Positions 37,408-52,123 of a DNA stretch of 64,000 nucleotides are shown here, one piece after another; position 1 is the first letter of the stretch; each line of letters starts with the position of its first letter. The DNA is from Phoronis australis (lineage: Eukaryota; Animalia; Phoronida), in assembly GCA_002633005.1 (NCBI GenBank), contig NMRA01000192.1, positions 409,140 through 473,139 on the forward strand. The letters are read 5' to 3'. Below the pieces are notes generated by a model. The model was given only the letters and a program-made list of their open reading frames with translations. It was not told the origin of the DNA and searched no databases. The position numbers were made by a program, and so were the translations under genes.

Positions 37408-40400
37408 TACCTAGTGACTACACTGAATACTCCGATCGACTATGCTTCATGGTTTGGTCTAAAAATTAAGGTCGATTAATTTAACAAGGAATTCCGGGAT
37501 GGTGTCCTCGTCGCTGTCGTCTTTCCTTTTTATCTTCGTTTGTTTCCGTTCAATAGCGGCGGCACCTTTTTAAGCGGCGTCTATTCCGTGTTGTTTAGAT
37601 TGTAGCAAATGCGCAGTACTGATTATCCGACATACTGTACACTTTTATTTGCATTAAACTGCATTTAGGACACTTACAACAATTTGATATGTGCAGAATA
37701 GTAACAAAATTACAAACATAAACTACGGTGTTTATGCATTCCCGATACCGTTTTAGTAGGGAAAGTAGCGACACCTATCAGGTTAGTTAACTCACACAAC
37801 TTTCAGTACAGTTAGGAACCTGAATGTATTTTCAGCTCGCGCAAAACTGAAATGAGGCTACATGTATGCTTACTCATGTTCTGTGTGGGACATTCATGAA
37901 ATTTGTTTTATGTGTTCCTGTTGAGGAGAGCAGAGATATAGTGCATTTCGGAAAGAGCCCAGCTATTTTGTCGTTCCTCATAGGCAATTCAGATTTTCTT
38001 TCGGTGTAATAATAATTGGTATGGGGCTTCCTATAAATGAAATGGCGGCATCTGCCTAAATTTGGCAGGGGAATGAGCCGGAAATTTAGTGAAATTTTAA
38101 TTGCACCGACTCTGCTGAGCATGGTCGTTAAGTAATTAGACTCAAGAGATCCGTAGATTGAAACTTTCCTCTGTCATTTTGTTGTAATCTAATTGCTTTA
38201 TCATTTTGCTTAGTCGATTACAATTAAATAGCACGGGCAGTGGACCACAGGGGGCTGGGAGACTACATTTTTCAGTGCTGTGCGCGCGCTGCCCATGAGT
38301 AGTGCGCTGCGGTGTCTGATTAAAAACGTGTTAACCCAATAATTTCGCATTGCGAAACCATTCCCCTCTTTTTTCTCTGAATAAATTTGCATTTTATTCA
38401 CGGGTCATGTTTTGCTTGTAGTGAGCATTCAACACAAATCACTTGCCGCGCTGAGTATTCATATTCTTTAAATGTGAGCATATCTTTCTCAACGAGAATG
38501 ATTGAACGTTATCGGAACTATGGGAGGCATAACCTGTCAAGCGCGTGAAACGGGATAAAAAAAACATCAAAATATCTACGCTAGGTTCTATCACCCACCG
38601 TGTTTCTTCGGCAAGCATAACATTTTTGCCGTTGACGTGTGATGCTATCCGTAGCCAAAATCTTTTCGCGTTGCTAATGGTGACCTCTGACGACGAAGTC
38701 GTGCGGGTACCATCGGGAGAGGTTGAGGACATCTTGCCTTATGCCGACTCCTGCAGAAGGGTGGTCTTCTCACTTTTAGAAACCAGCTTCACAATCGTAG
38801 TACTCTTAACCATAACTGTAAAATAGATGGCAAATAATATGAATTCCTTAATTGCGAATCCAGTGAATGTAATCCTTTAAGATCATGCTGAAGTTTAAAG
38901 TTGGCGAATCCTTATTTTTTTACATGTATTTGAAATTGAATGTATACAGTATTTTACGGAATTTTCACCAAGTTTTAAATACTTACACAAATAAACACTC
39001 CTGCTTTTAATCGACAAAATTAACTTTGACAAAGTAGACAGGGCTTGCGACCACGGATGAAACAGTAGCCATAAATAATGAGTGCCACGTAAGTTATATT
39101 TCCCACAATTGCCAAAAGGTGAGAGAAATGACATGTTGCTGTTGGACCTAGAAACGACCGATCATTAACATCAGTATCTCTTTGCTTTTAATTGATTAAC
39201 TTATTGATTCAATAAAACCTTGACAAATTTAATTCGCTATTTGCTTTAACGTCCAGTCTCTTTTTCATGCCGATTTCATATTTCATCCTGCGATCCAAGC
39301 ATCTTGCACACAGCTTGAGTCCAAGGTGACGTCAATGGGTGCATTTGATTGATAATGTTAACAGTTTTCCGGAGACTCCGATTACTAAATTGCTCCGGGA
39401 TTACTGTTAGCGAATGCAAGAACACGCAGATCCGGGGATCTTGGCACCCAGATGAAAATCTTGACTCCGTTACAACCGCTTTATTTACCAGACTTGAGTC
39501 AAGCAACTTTGATACTTACATAATTTTGCGGTTTTATTAACGAATTATTGTGGCATGGATCCAATATTCGCTAAAAACAGACCACAACAAGTCTTTGTTT
39601 CATAAGACGATACGAAAAACACGAATCTGCTGATAGTATAAGGGACTCTGCACATTTTGGATCAGATTTCGCGATGTATGGACGGATGAAACAACTTGCA
39701 CCGTTGGAAGTTTACGACACGAATACGAAAATGAAGAAATTAGAACCTACAGAAGAAGTTCAGATAAATGCATTTTTTGACCGACACACTATCCGAGCAA
39801 CGCAGCTCTACATTCAACCTAGGAGATCACGACACAAATTTCCCCGAGCATTTTCGAATTTGACGATTAAACTTTAATTAGTGTTAATTGTTGACTATTA
39901 CGCTCTCTGGAATTTACTGAAAAATGAATTTGATCATTTTTCCCATACGCATTGACATTATTCCGCGTATCGACATTGACCTTCGTTCTCGGTTAATAGG
40001 CGAAATAGCGTCTCGTGGGATATTACTTCATGTACGCCACTGTCGGTACGTTTTGTGTATTTATACAATCAAATTGTGATGGGTGAGCTTGCAATTAGTA
40101 GTTCGGTCTAACCATGAGTTACTGGTTACATTTCACACCAAATTCTTCGCACTTGGTCCCGTGCACCGATATTCCATATAATGTGACACACTCACATTGT
40201 CCGTGAAACAACATTACTAAAACTAATAGTCTAATATTCGTGCTAGTCACTTGCACTACTTATCTGTGCCCAACATCGCATTAACATGCCACTTATTACT
40301 AAATGTAGGCTATATTGGTCACGTGGTCTGTATATATTTATCATTTAAAGTAGTAGTATGATCTTTTAAAAACTTACATGTAGGCCTACCTTCATGTAGA

Positions 40401-41315
40401 TGAACTATTCCGCCATTTACAATTTAACTTTAAGAAGAATACAGACACTGTGGGTGTGTGTGCACTGTACGTATCTTGCCGTGCGTGAATGAATTGACAT
40501 CAGCCTCCAATGTTGAGCACCATTTTGCACGTCATTGCAAAGTGAAACTCATTTCTTTCATCAAAAATCTCCGTTGTAATGACAGCGAAGATTTGTTAAC
40601 AATATTATCGATTCCCAAAGTAAAGGTCAGGCTTGATCCTGTATACTAAGTACTTAGTTTCAACTGGAAAAAGACACAAATCTGATAGATAAATACAGGT
40701 TATGCTATTTTGAATATAGATTTCTTTTACAGCTAAAACAATGAATCTCGACGCAGTTATCTTGCTACAAACATTTGAACTTTAACCTAAGCGTTTATGT
40801 GCGACAAAATAGTCTAATATAAGTGTAATATATTATCAATGTGTATCCTGAACGTTAAATATTGCTATGGACCTCACGTCATGTGCTAAAGCCGTGAAGA
40901 TCGGATAGTTTTGAAATGCAAACCAAGCTAATAATTCCACGTAAGTGAATAACGACAGAGGTGTTCTCCACCTGTGTCGCCTGTTTGAGTATGTGAGCTG
41001 TTTCCTTGAGAATGGTTTAAAGTAATGAACCGAAACGTCGGATAAATATGTCGTTATTCACTTACGCGCTAATTTTAAAGTTCGTGCTTCTGTGGTGGCC
41101 TAAAACAAATGATACTTATAATTCTAGCGAATCGATGGGCACGGGAACATGTAAATACATTAATATTTGTCCCACAAACATTGGTTGTGAACGACAGGGT
41201 AAAGATAGTTTTACGAGAAAACGGCATATCTCTGATAAAAGCATGTAACATACGATCAGCCAAATATCGCTCTGAATATGCAAACTAGCATTAAAAGGAA
41301 TTCAACGTCGTAGTC

Positions 41316-41900
<585 letters not shown>

Positions 41901-42020
41901 ACGATCTAGAATCTTTTAAGTCAGCCACACACATATGTTCCCGTTTAACTGGTTATTTGTAAGACACTCTTAAAGAAAATAAAGTGAAAACATTTGTGAA
42001 ACGTTATGAAGGTGAATTTC

Positions 42021-42140
42021 TTTCACTTTGTGCTTATTTATCTGTACACACGGGGTTTGTTTTCCTTTGTGCGTATTTATCTGTAAACAAGGGTCTGTTT
42101 CACTGTATGCTTATTTATCTGTAGACAGGGGTTTGTTTCA
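42021..42140. repeat. Minisatellite, 3 copies of a ~39-bp unit
   Basis: Unit approximately TTTCACTTTGTGCTTATTTATCTGTAnACAnGGGTTTGT. Confidence 0.85.
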
Positions 42141-43869
42141 TGAAAAGTGAATACTAAGACAATACAGGAATTTGTTGTTACGCTCCACCAAACTATCTCT
42201 AAAATATAATTAAATCTGACCAGAACTAAAATTCAAAGTCTGAGAATGTGAGCAAAACTGCTAGTTTCTGAGATCTTTTGATTACGTCATTCTAGAGTGC
42301 GCTGTAACCATTTTTATTTGACGAAACCTTTATGCAGAATTGTGAAAGTAGATGTGTCACCTTCATTAATAGACCCCAGGCTTGATCGCTTTTATACGCA
42401 ACAGGCATTTTCCTCATTCCGTCTCTGTATCGGTGATTTATTTGCATCACCGATCTCTCAATCTTGGCAAAATCATCTATCTAGGACCTGAATGTCTGTT
42501 TATTTAGCCATATACAATGTATCTAGAAAACTGTAGACTTTAAATTTCATTTTTCTGAAAGTATAATGAAGCCTGTAGAATTTGATTTGCCAATCTGCCA
42601 TGAATTGGGTCACGTAGCCACATGTTTTAAATTAAGCAAAAATGTACACTCATAGCAAAACAAGGGCATCAATGGGCAAGACCAAAATTTGTTTGATATT
42701 AATGGTCAAGGTGATATTTCAAAAACGGTGTTGTACAATTTTCTATTAACACTTCGTTTTCGTTTTATGTAACCTTTTTCACGCAAATTATGAAAGCTCT
42801 ATTTTTGATAGCCCTTCATGCAAAAGTAGGACATTATATAAAGCAAATACTGGAAGCCATTTTGAACTGAGATCAGTGATTAAGGCATGGTATCTCAGCA
42901 TTTAACATTAATCCAACCAGCCGTTTGTGAGGTATCATCGTTCCAAGTCAGCCGAACTTGGACATTTTGCCACTAGGTACTGGTTAAATTAATCATACTC
43001 TAACTCGTCTTTGCAAAACATTCATGTCAGTGCTCTCGTGAAATATTGATGTACTGTATTTGATTTTGTCATTAACTTGACTTCAATAGGGATTAAGTTG
43101 GAATGACACAAATCGTTGTTATTCTCACGATCTCTCAATCCTTGGTTATGAATGAGTTCTTCTTCTCAGAATGCAAAATCAATATCATTCGCGTATTGTG
43201 TCAATAAAGCTTGACAGTGTATCATGTGCATGCTGGCCTCCCCTGCCTCCATGAAACAATAGCGTCCATTCAATTGATGAGAAAGGTGTATCGATTTCGA
43301 TATCGCCAGGGTGTCAACGTAATCATGCATACACTGTAGGTGAAGAAACGAGGACCGGATCAACCAGTATGTGCGCGAATGTTATTTGAAAGTAAGACAG
43401 AACTAGAGCTGCATGCCTCTCGTTAGGTTGCCGAAGTCGAATTTTTAACCGAAAATTGTGGGTTGTGGGTTGTGCTTGTGCTCATTTCATCTTAGATCGT
43501 AGCCAAATGAGCCTACAACTCAAGATATCGGTAAAGCGTCATTTTCGAAATGATAATCGTAATTTAAGGCTGTAAAACCCCCATAAACTCTAGAACGTTT
43601 TCTGGGATCGCTTTGTGATGATTGCGATAATCTAGCTTGTTGGAAACGGAAATTGAATCGTATCACGATATGGAATATTGTGAGGTCGATTTTATGTTAG
43701 TAAGAGCCATAGTTAGATTTTCCAGCTCAGGCAGATAAACGAGGTGTAATGTTGTTTTAGTTGCAGATAATGAGCAAAATTACAAGAGGAATCGTAAATG
43801 GTCCCGTTAAAAATATTTCAAATTTTCTTCTTGTGTGGCGGAGCCAATAGGCTCCTTCTACTGGGGAAT

Positions 43870-44157
43870 CACTGGCGGATTTAGGGGGGGGGGCAAAAGT
43901 CTCCTAGATGCCATTTGGCGGTTCGGGGTGCGAATTGCTGACTAGCATATGCGCGCACCCAGGGGGGCTCAGGGGGCGAATGCACAATGCATAGATCTCG
44001 AACAAACCCCATTTACCGTTTTTTAGTATTAAGGTCCACAAACCCATACATTCGATACCCCTGCATCCCTACATTTTAGGCTAGGCGCGCGCATGTGGCG
44101 AAATTCTGGTTATTCCTGTGCCCTGCCCCCCCAACTCAAAATCTGGAACCGCCCCTG
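43870..44157. mobile_element. MITE family B with a nested family C MITE (43948-44095)
   Basis: Ends CACTGGCGGATTTAGGGGG ... CTGGAACCGCCCCTG with exact 5-bp flanking repeat GGAAT. The outer parts are the reverse complement of 52124-52274, which lacks the internal insert. Confidence 0.75.
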
Positions 44158-46239
44158 GGAATGGTGATTGATCATTGCGTCGTCCTCTGTCGGTGCTTAT
44201 GAACACTTGTTCTTAGAATGTACTTCACCAGGATGAACGACAACGCCCACGAAAGTTGTTTTTTTGCCCAGATGGTATCACAAACAATGGTTTCCAAAAC
44301 AGGCGCTTTTTCATTATTAAAGTGTACATGACGCAGGTAACTTCTATCTTCGTCGATTTCCCTAACTACTCTACAGATATTGTCCAATGCAACTGAGCGG
44401 CGCTTACACCACTCACTTCAACTGGCGTTCAAGTCATGTCGCTAGCTTGATTTATTTTCATTTGATACGTTCACCAAGATTAGAACTGCCACTGATTCAT
44501 AAATGAAAAAATGGAAAAATGTCGCCAGATCTATGCCAGAGTTAGTAACATTATAAGTTTTTATACACCAGCATTACTTGCAACCATCGGGTTGGTTATT
44601 TCAGCTTCAAACCTGTTCCAAGTTATGTGATTCAGTAAATCTGAAATACTCTAAGCATTTTGACAAATTCGTCCAAGTATGGAAGTTCCCTGCATGTATC
44701 GATGAACTCCTCAACGCACACGGCATTCCTGTCATTCGCCATTGAAGCCCATATTTATTTGATTTGGTATCGGTCGTTTGCCTCAGGAGTGCTGTAACTA
44801 GTTGCTTTAGCGTACGTACGCGCGGTCCAATTGGAAAATCTGATTTTTTCCAAAAAATTGTTGTAGTTTTTATCGGGCATGTTCACGTCGTGTTACTTGA
44901 CTCCAATTAAAATTGCATGTCACTCTTTTTAGCTGGTTAAAACACAAAAATCGAACTAGGTATTTTACACAAAAAGCGATGTGATCACATCCCTTTACAG
45001 TCAAGAGTTTCCATGTCCATTACCAACAGCATCAAAACGTTTGACACCCAAAGTGTTTGAGTTTTTTTTTAGATCGGTTGCATTGCCTGTGACTTGACTT
45101 GCAGGATCATTCGACAATAATTCAACATCGAATAAGCATAGTAATGCTTTTAAAATCCAAGGAACTAAACAGGATACATGTAATTTAAGTTGAAACATAT
45201 GTCCATGTCATGAGTCGGTCCTATGTTCAGATGTCGAGTTCCGGTGATTACAGGATTCAAACTTAAATTCACGGATATATCGACCTGTCAGTGACAAAAA
45301 TGAAATAAGTAAATAAAGGAACTTACGTTCAATGGTTTCCAGGATCGTAGCAAATCGCACGCAATTTACTTACTTATATATCGGAGGAATTACCGATGAC
45401 TTTAGTACACGTTTAATTATGGAATAAATAATTAAACGTTACGCACTAAATGGCATAAATATTTCATCCCTTCATTTGCTGTTTCTCATAGCGCATTCCA
45501 ACAACTATAAACGCGGTAATGATTGAATACCCCGCTCAATTAGTTCATTACACCGCCGTATCGTCTTTTTACAGTGTGTTGAATCACATATGTGTACATG
45601 TACATGATGTACATGTACACGTACATAAGCGAGTACAGAATAACCCTCCGGCACGTCTGATGTTTAAACAAAATGTGTGTCAAAAGCGGTACAGGAACTT
45701 GCTAAGATAAGTGTTAATGGAAGTGTTCTACACACACTCGAAACAAATGAAATAATTGATTTTTAGATTAGAGAAGACGACCTCAATTTTCAATTTGTGC
45801 TCGTTCTCGCGAAAAAGGTGATTTCTAATAGGTAGTGTCACTTTTGAAGCTGTGGCCATACGCATAGAAATTCTAAAAATATGTATTTACTGGTCAAAAA
45901 TAATATGAATTTGCTGTGGTAAAATATTTGCATGTCAACCTACAGTAGTGTTTTAAAATGACAGTCGTCAACGACGAAGCATGATAAGATACGTGAGAAG
46001 ATTGAACAGAGTTATAGTCACAGATAAATCTTTCAACAGCCATTCGGAGCGCTTTCTTACAATAAAGACTTTGACATTCTTATGTCCTACGTGAAAATGC
46101 TTTTCTATTGCTTTTATTTTCGCAAAATCTGCGAGGCCTAAGTGACCCTCGTCTTGCCTGGTTGTTAAACCATGTGACCTTCAGGTACCACCTTACAGGC
46201 TTTGCCGTGTTAAAGTTAGAGCACTGATGCGCTGTAAAT

Positions 46240-46405
46240 TGTAACAATTTCGTAAAATGTAACAATTGTTACATTTTACTTCATTGTTAGATTTTACGTT
46301 GCTAACCCTCTCCTAAAATGTTACAAGTTGTTACATTTTATGTAGTTGTTACATTTCGCGTCGAATGTACATGAGAGAAATGTACCATTGTTAAATTTTA
46401 CGAAA
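46240..46405. repeat. Cluster of direct and inverted TTGTTACATTTT motifs (probable degenerate MITE)
   Basis: Repeated AAAATGTAACAA / TTGTTACATTTT units in both orientations. Confidence 0.6.
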
Positions 46406-46462
46406 CCAACGTCATATTGCAAAGAAAAGGACAAAATCCCGAACAAGTGGTATCTGACACGG

Positions 46463-46741
46463 CCGGGGGTATTGGAATATTTTCGAGCGAGGGGTGCCGC
46501 CCGAAAAAATTGACAACCTGCCCATATAGAGAGTGGGCTCGGACAAAAAAGTGACTCATTTAGGGACTAATTTGTGTAAAAATTCACATTTTCGCACAGT
46601 TCTGTTCAAGAAATTCAGGAAAGTCACCTTTTAGATATAATTTTGTCGAAAATGGCACCCATTGGAGAGTATTTTTCTGTGAAAAAACATCCTCTTTGGG
46701 GGCACGTTTCGTAAACCTCTTCTATAGGAATGCCCTTCGGG
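46463..46741. mobile_element. MITE with 9-bp TSD (Mutator-like)
   Basis: Imperfect terminal inverted repeats CCGGGGGTA ... TGCCCTTCGGG, flanked by exact CTGACACGG (46454-46462 and 46742-46750). Confidence 0.75.
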
Positions 46742-46914
46742 CTGACACGGCATGAATTTGGCTACCTATTAGAATTTTTATTAGTATTCCACTACTATTA
46801 GTACTGTTACTACTATTATTGCTTACTACCTTAATTACTATCACTACTATTACTCGTTTTCGTTATCGTTATTATTATTAATAATATTTTAAAATTTATT
46901 TAACGAGGACACAA

Positions 46915-47120
46915 TAAATGTTTATTTTATTTATGTATTTATTTATTCATTTATTTAATGCAATATTTACAATGAGGGTAGCCCCATCAGTTCACACTGC
47001 TTTCCATGGGGGCCCTCAGCAAAAACAGACAGTAAGACAAACTAACAGAATTACAAAATGAAAGACAGAGAGGTTGTGTTTTAAAATTTTGTTTAGACGT
47101 TCACCAACTTCAAAAATTGA
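46915..47120 (-). mobile_element. 3' end of a LINE or SINE (CR1/L2 group-like) with (AATA)n tail
   Basis: Minus-strand stem-loop GAGGGCCCCCAT...ATGGGGCTACCCTC (46974-47017), followed by degenerate AAATA/AATA repeats. Confidence 0.6.
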
Positions 47121-47713
47121 TTATTTCTGAACTTTCGGAAGCGCTCTATTGTTTGTAAATATAACTAATCCATCTGTAGTTTGTCTCGAAGAACAGAATT
47201 CAGACCGCAATATTTTCTCGCGACTTACATCTAAACATGAGGATACCCACTTTGTAATCATTTATGTCTCTTGTTGAAAACATTCCATTTCAAAGAACTG
47301 GGGATCTTTCCATGATGATGTGTAAGTTCAAAAATTACCTTAAGTTGAACTCTGGAGGCAGACATTTCTCGAAAACTAACGACTAGTTGTTTGCGGTCAC
47401 TGGGTCATTAGAATGGCTGGTTACGGACATACAAAACACGCAACGATTTTAATTAGAACGGGCCCCAATATTCTTAGCAGAACATTAACAGAGCGGTTTG
47501 AACTTCATTTCATTGAAAGGGGATTATATGGAGCAAAAAGGCTAACGTCGAAGTCAGCGATGATTAATGAGCTTTTAATGCAAGGCCGGTATGAAAAGGG
47601 TTAATACACCAAATTCCCTTATTGGGGACAAATAAAACAACAAGAATAATAACTATTTTAAGTTGTATTGGGAATTTCAGGGTCACAGCTCTACAAATAA
47701 ATATTTCACAGAA

Positions 47714-47975
47714 GGAACCAGATGGGTACCTTAATTACAAGATCTAACACACACACTTCCGATACCCAAAGTGTAATTGAGTATCGGATACTAAGTGGCA
47801 CAGGTTAGCATAGTACCAAATGGGTACATAATACCAAATGGGTATTGGCCGATTGCCTACCAACTGGGTCGAACAAAACGGCTAATTCAATAACAAGTAC
47901 CAAGCGGGTGCAAACTGCCAAATGGGCAAATACCGTATAAAGTACCAAGTGGGTACACCAAACAGCCAACTGCGC
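47714..47975. repeat. Dispersed array of TACCAAnTGGGTA motifs
   Basis: About 7 variants (e.g. TACCAAATGGGTA twice, TACCAACTGGGT, TACCAAGCGGGT, TACCAAGTGGGTA) at irregular spacing. Confidence 0.7.
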
Positions 47976-50019
47976 TATAACAACATGCAAAGCAGGGTTC
48001 CGGACAAGCTGAGTGAGCAGACCAACCGGAGTGATAAAAAGAGATATTGTATGGAACGTGATGTTGTTTGTGGCTCAGTACATGTATGTTCCGAGAGCTT
48101 TGACCGGGGTGGAGAGAAGCAAGCTGCAGTAATGGATGCTCAAGTACAGGTCGGCGGGGGCGCTAGCCAATCATTACGTCGGTTCTTCAGTGCCTGACGG
48201 TAAGACGCTCCGGGCTTGAAGAAGGTACCAGCAGTGACTGTAAAAACTACAATAACCAACAGCAGATTTTGTTCGGCAAAGGGGATGGAGCGTGGGAAAG
48301 GTATAAAACGGTTGACTTGAGATTTTGTGGTACACCGGGTAGGAAAACTTACAAGTGAATGTACTGTTGCTTGAGGCTGGGCCAACAGGACGCTGGAGAG
48401 AAAGAACAAACAGCGCTACCATGGGACAAGGTAGGAACTAACTAGGAGTTGGATATGAAGCATGAAGGGCTGTAGAATGTTATTTGCCCAAATCAGGATT
48501 TATGTCAGAGCGCCATAAATCTCATTATCTGCGAGCTGCAACACAAAAAATAGCGCCTCATGAGACACGTGACGCCCCTCTAAAATATCGACCTACACCA
48601 GGTTTGAGTAAAATGATCATATCATTTCAGACTGCAAAATATTTTCTATTTTCCCAGCTAGGCATCCCATATTTACGTATAACGTCACGGTTTGATCTGT
48701 TGTTACCATTGCTGTTTTAAAAGACTGGTTTGATATCAAATGAACAATGATATTTATCTCAGTTTTTAAGCTGTATAAGACACGCCACTATGTCGCCACT
48801 TTTTAAAACTATTGACTCGCCCTTCTCAAAGGCGAAATTTTGCTGTTGATTTAGCGAAATCTGTCAATTCCGGCAAATAAATGCGTGCTTTTATTTCCTT
48901 CCACCGCAGTACGCTTAGTGAACAGATTGGTTACGTATCGCTGAGGGCCTCGTTTGGTCTCAGGCAAAAGTTGGGATATCATTATGTGGGTCTTTAATTA
49001 TTAACATAGAATTATGACAAAATCCTATCAATAAAATTATGAGGTGCCAAAACAGGAAATAACGGAGAATTTGTGAAAGGGCTCCAGCATGTGTTTCAGA
49101 CGGAATTGGGAACATACTTCCTTTCCAGTCGACACCCATTGTTTACCCCGGAAGGACGACAACAATTTTGGCACCCATTTTTTTCCAAAATCTGCTCGTT
49201 TATCCCGTTGTTGACACGACGTTTCGGTCAGTTATTTTTTTTAACATTTTCAGGTGCTACAGCGTTTTTGTTAGAATGAACATGGACATCCGGTACCCTT
49301 GTGGTGGGCACTTGGAAATGTATTTTCCTTGTGCGCAGCTTGCTTTGAACCTGCGACCCTTCTTTTGTCAATCAATCGGGTGCAATGGGTGTCAGATGCA
49401 CTACCCGGAATAAGTAGCCCAGAGTGAATTCATATATCAAAGTGACATTTATTTCCGCCATGACGTGTGACGTTAAACTATAATCTACAGCATGAGCGAT
49501 TCCGATCTCTTATGGCTCATGGTTGATCGTAAAAATGGGGTCCACTAACTTAGCAACGCAGGATGAGTCTCCTAACAACGGAACAGGTAGGTCCTCTCTT
49601 TGCTATCGCCTTTTACTTTTCCACGATGAAGAAAATACCTAAACGGATTTTCTTTGCTGTGCAAAGCATGAGGTATAGAATCTTGTAGTGAATGCACGCA
49701 TTTTGATAAGACTCATTAATCAGCAGTTCAACGTACTGCCAGTGTTAGTTCGTAGTTATCCACATGCTGTGCTCTTAGAAGTCGTAAGAAATTCTGTCCA
49801 ATTGTTCACTTTGGCTCGCAATTTACCATACATGTATAATTAAACAGATGGGCTTGTAAAACGAATCTAGGAGCGCTGTCCTACCTTAATGGCCCAAAGT
49901 ATAGTCACAGTTTCCATTAGACTGATTAAAACAGAAAAAATCAGTATGAAATTGTAAAATTACGCAAATTGATTATAACTTTAAAACAGAAACATTGAAA
50001 TCAAGTTCTAATATATTCC

Positions 50020-50330
50020 CATAGGTGAATTTAAAGGGGGGCATGGGGCCTGCCCCCCACCCCCACCTGGGCTGCCGCACGCAAAATGAAACAGCAACAG
50101 CGTGAAGCGTGAGGAAACATAGAGTTCAATAACTAGGACCGGTAGCGGATGAGATCCCAGAGGAATCGTGTGTTCCCGTTTTTTTTTTAGTCCACCGATA
50201 GATATCCTGAAGGATGATCCACATCCCGGCCCCCGCAACTTTCGGGCCCCTGTGTACATACAATCGAGCTTTGCCCAATTCCCCGAGACAACATGCTGCC
50301 CCTCTTATGGTATCCTAAATCCGCCACTAT
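50020..50330. mobile_element. MITE family A copy
   Basis: Co-linear with 54039-54361 (GCAAAATGAAACAGCAA...CGTGAAGCGTGAGGAAA...GGTATCCTAAATCCGCCACT). Confidence 0.8.
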
Positions 50331-50702
50331 CAAAGCTGTATCGTAGATAAAACATACTGTTCATGTTGCGAACATGTTATTCACAATTCGTGGGTATAAC
50401 GAGTCCAGATAGTTTTTTCAGTTTAGTTAGATTGACAATCAATTCACATAACGCTAAACCCTCGTGAGAGACCGCCCCGAGTTGGCTGCTGGAGCATCTC
50501 GGGGCGGTCTGGGATCAAGCGGAAAAACCACAGGGTAAATCTGTGGTCGACGAATCTATTCGGTCGATTACATTTTATTGCCCGTGAAGCCGCTAAGGGC
50601 TGCCTGAAGAAATATGACTCGCGCGTTTGTATTTTCGCCTTTTTCAATGACATGTAAAAGATTCATCAACAAATTCCTCGTAAAATTCTGAAAACAAGCG
50701 TN

Positions 50703-50762
50703 AATTCGTGGATATAACGAGTCCAGATAGTTTTTTCAGTGTAGTTAGATTGACAATCATTT
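50703..50762 (+). repeat. ~60-bp duplicate of 50385-50445 directly after the N at 50702
   Basis: AATTCGTGG(A/G)TATAACGAGTCCAGATAGTTTTTTCAGT(G/T)TAGTTAGATTGACAATCA occurs twice. Confidence 0.85.
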
Positions 50763-52123
50763 CATTTGCACGACACAGATATGCAGGCAATGGACTGTTC
50801 GTTTTTTGTTTTCAAAGTGAATATAAAACACGTTCGAATTAATTATTCATAGATGTTGTATATGGTGCACAGTCACCATGGCGACGGCCCTGGGCGCCCA
50901 CATTGGGGAGAAGGTACCCAACTACTATGTATAATCTTGTTAGAAATAGCGACTAAACTGCAGTTGAATTGAATAAGTTAAGATTCTAGTTTATGCTTTA
51001 CCTTTTTACTTTTATTACTAATAATACAGGCCCTTAGCCAGGAGAGGGGGGTTCGGGGGATTCGATCGAACCCCTCCCCCGCTGAAAAGGTCCAGCCCAG
51101 GCATAATCGTCAAAGATAGGATATAGATGGACAACAACAACAACAACAAAATTGTTGCAGCTACTGGTTTTACTAACTACAATGATAACTAAGTTAGTAA
51201 TGAACTGTGATTACGTAATAGGTATCCAAGGCACTTTGAAGTGGTTACCAGAAAAGTTGATCTAGCTCAATTTTTGAGTGTCATTCTCTTGGCTCCCGTG
51301 ACCACACCCACCAGAACGAACCTGCCAGACGGCCATTTCCAAGCATCAGGATACCCATAGAACACCGTGACACCAAAAAATTGGTTACCTTTTGATGTCC
51401 CAAAAAGCTCTGGGATCCCGGTCTATGTATGATTGCATCGCTGATGCCTTATAACGCACAGGATAGCAAAATATCAACTGTAGTGGTGCCGAAGCAAGTG
51501 AAATACAATAAATCAATTTACCATTACATCATAATTTCAACAATGCGAGTCTTGAAATTACTTGGATAACTAGCAACAAGCCATTTTAAAGTTAACATTA
51601 AAATTACGACCTGAAATCATCCAGCTGAGATTTACGGGGGTATGACGGTAGCTACACGGCAGACCCTTCACCTATGCAGGCCCTTCCCCTTGGAAGGCTA
51701 TATGTAGTTATTTCTAACGCATTTAAGCGTTAAATCCGTTCTGAGAACGAATCAGGAATCATTATGACACGGCCTAGCCAATTAAAAATACCAATCTAAA
51801 GCAATACCTGAGAGGCCAAATTAACTCCAAAAATTGACAACACCGACGACTTGAAGTCAGTGGACTTTGAACGAACGGGACAGTTCCAAACGCTGTGCTT
51901 GCTAGCCGCATGAAAAATGCCCATTTCCACGCCAACACCAGACCACTAAGAATTTTCCGCGGATTTCGCCCTCCTTTAGCCATGACGTCGACACTTAGCG
52001 TTACACTTTCCGCCGCACGGTCGGGCACTATATCCAGGCAACTCCTGGATTAGGTATCAATAACATGAAAATTTTAGTTTGATATAAATGTTTGAGATGA
52101 AATCTCAAAAACACTGTTGCACT

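Noticed and set aside
47714-47975. CRISPR-like repeat-spacer array
   Set aside because: Repeats are only ~13 bp and degenerate, spacing is irregular, the context is eukaryotic and there are no cas genes.
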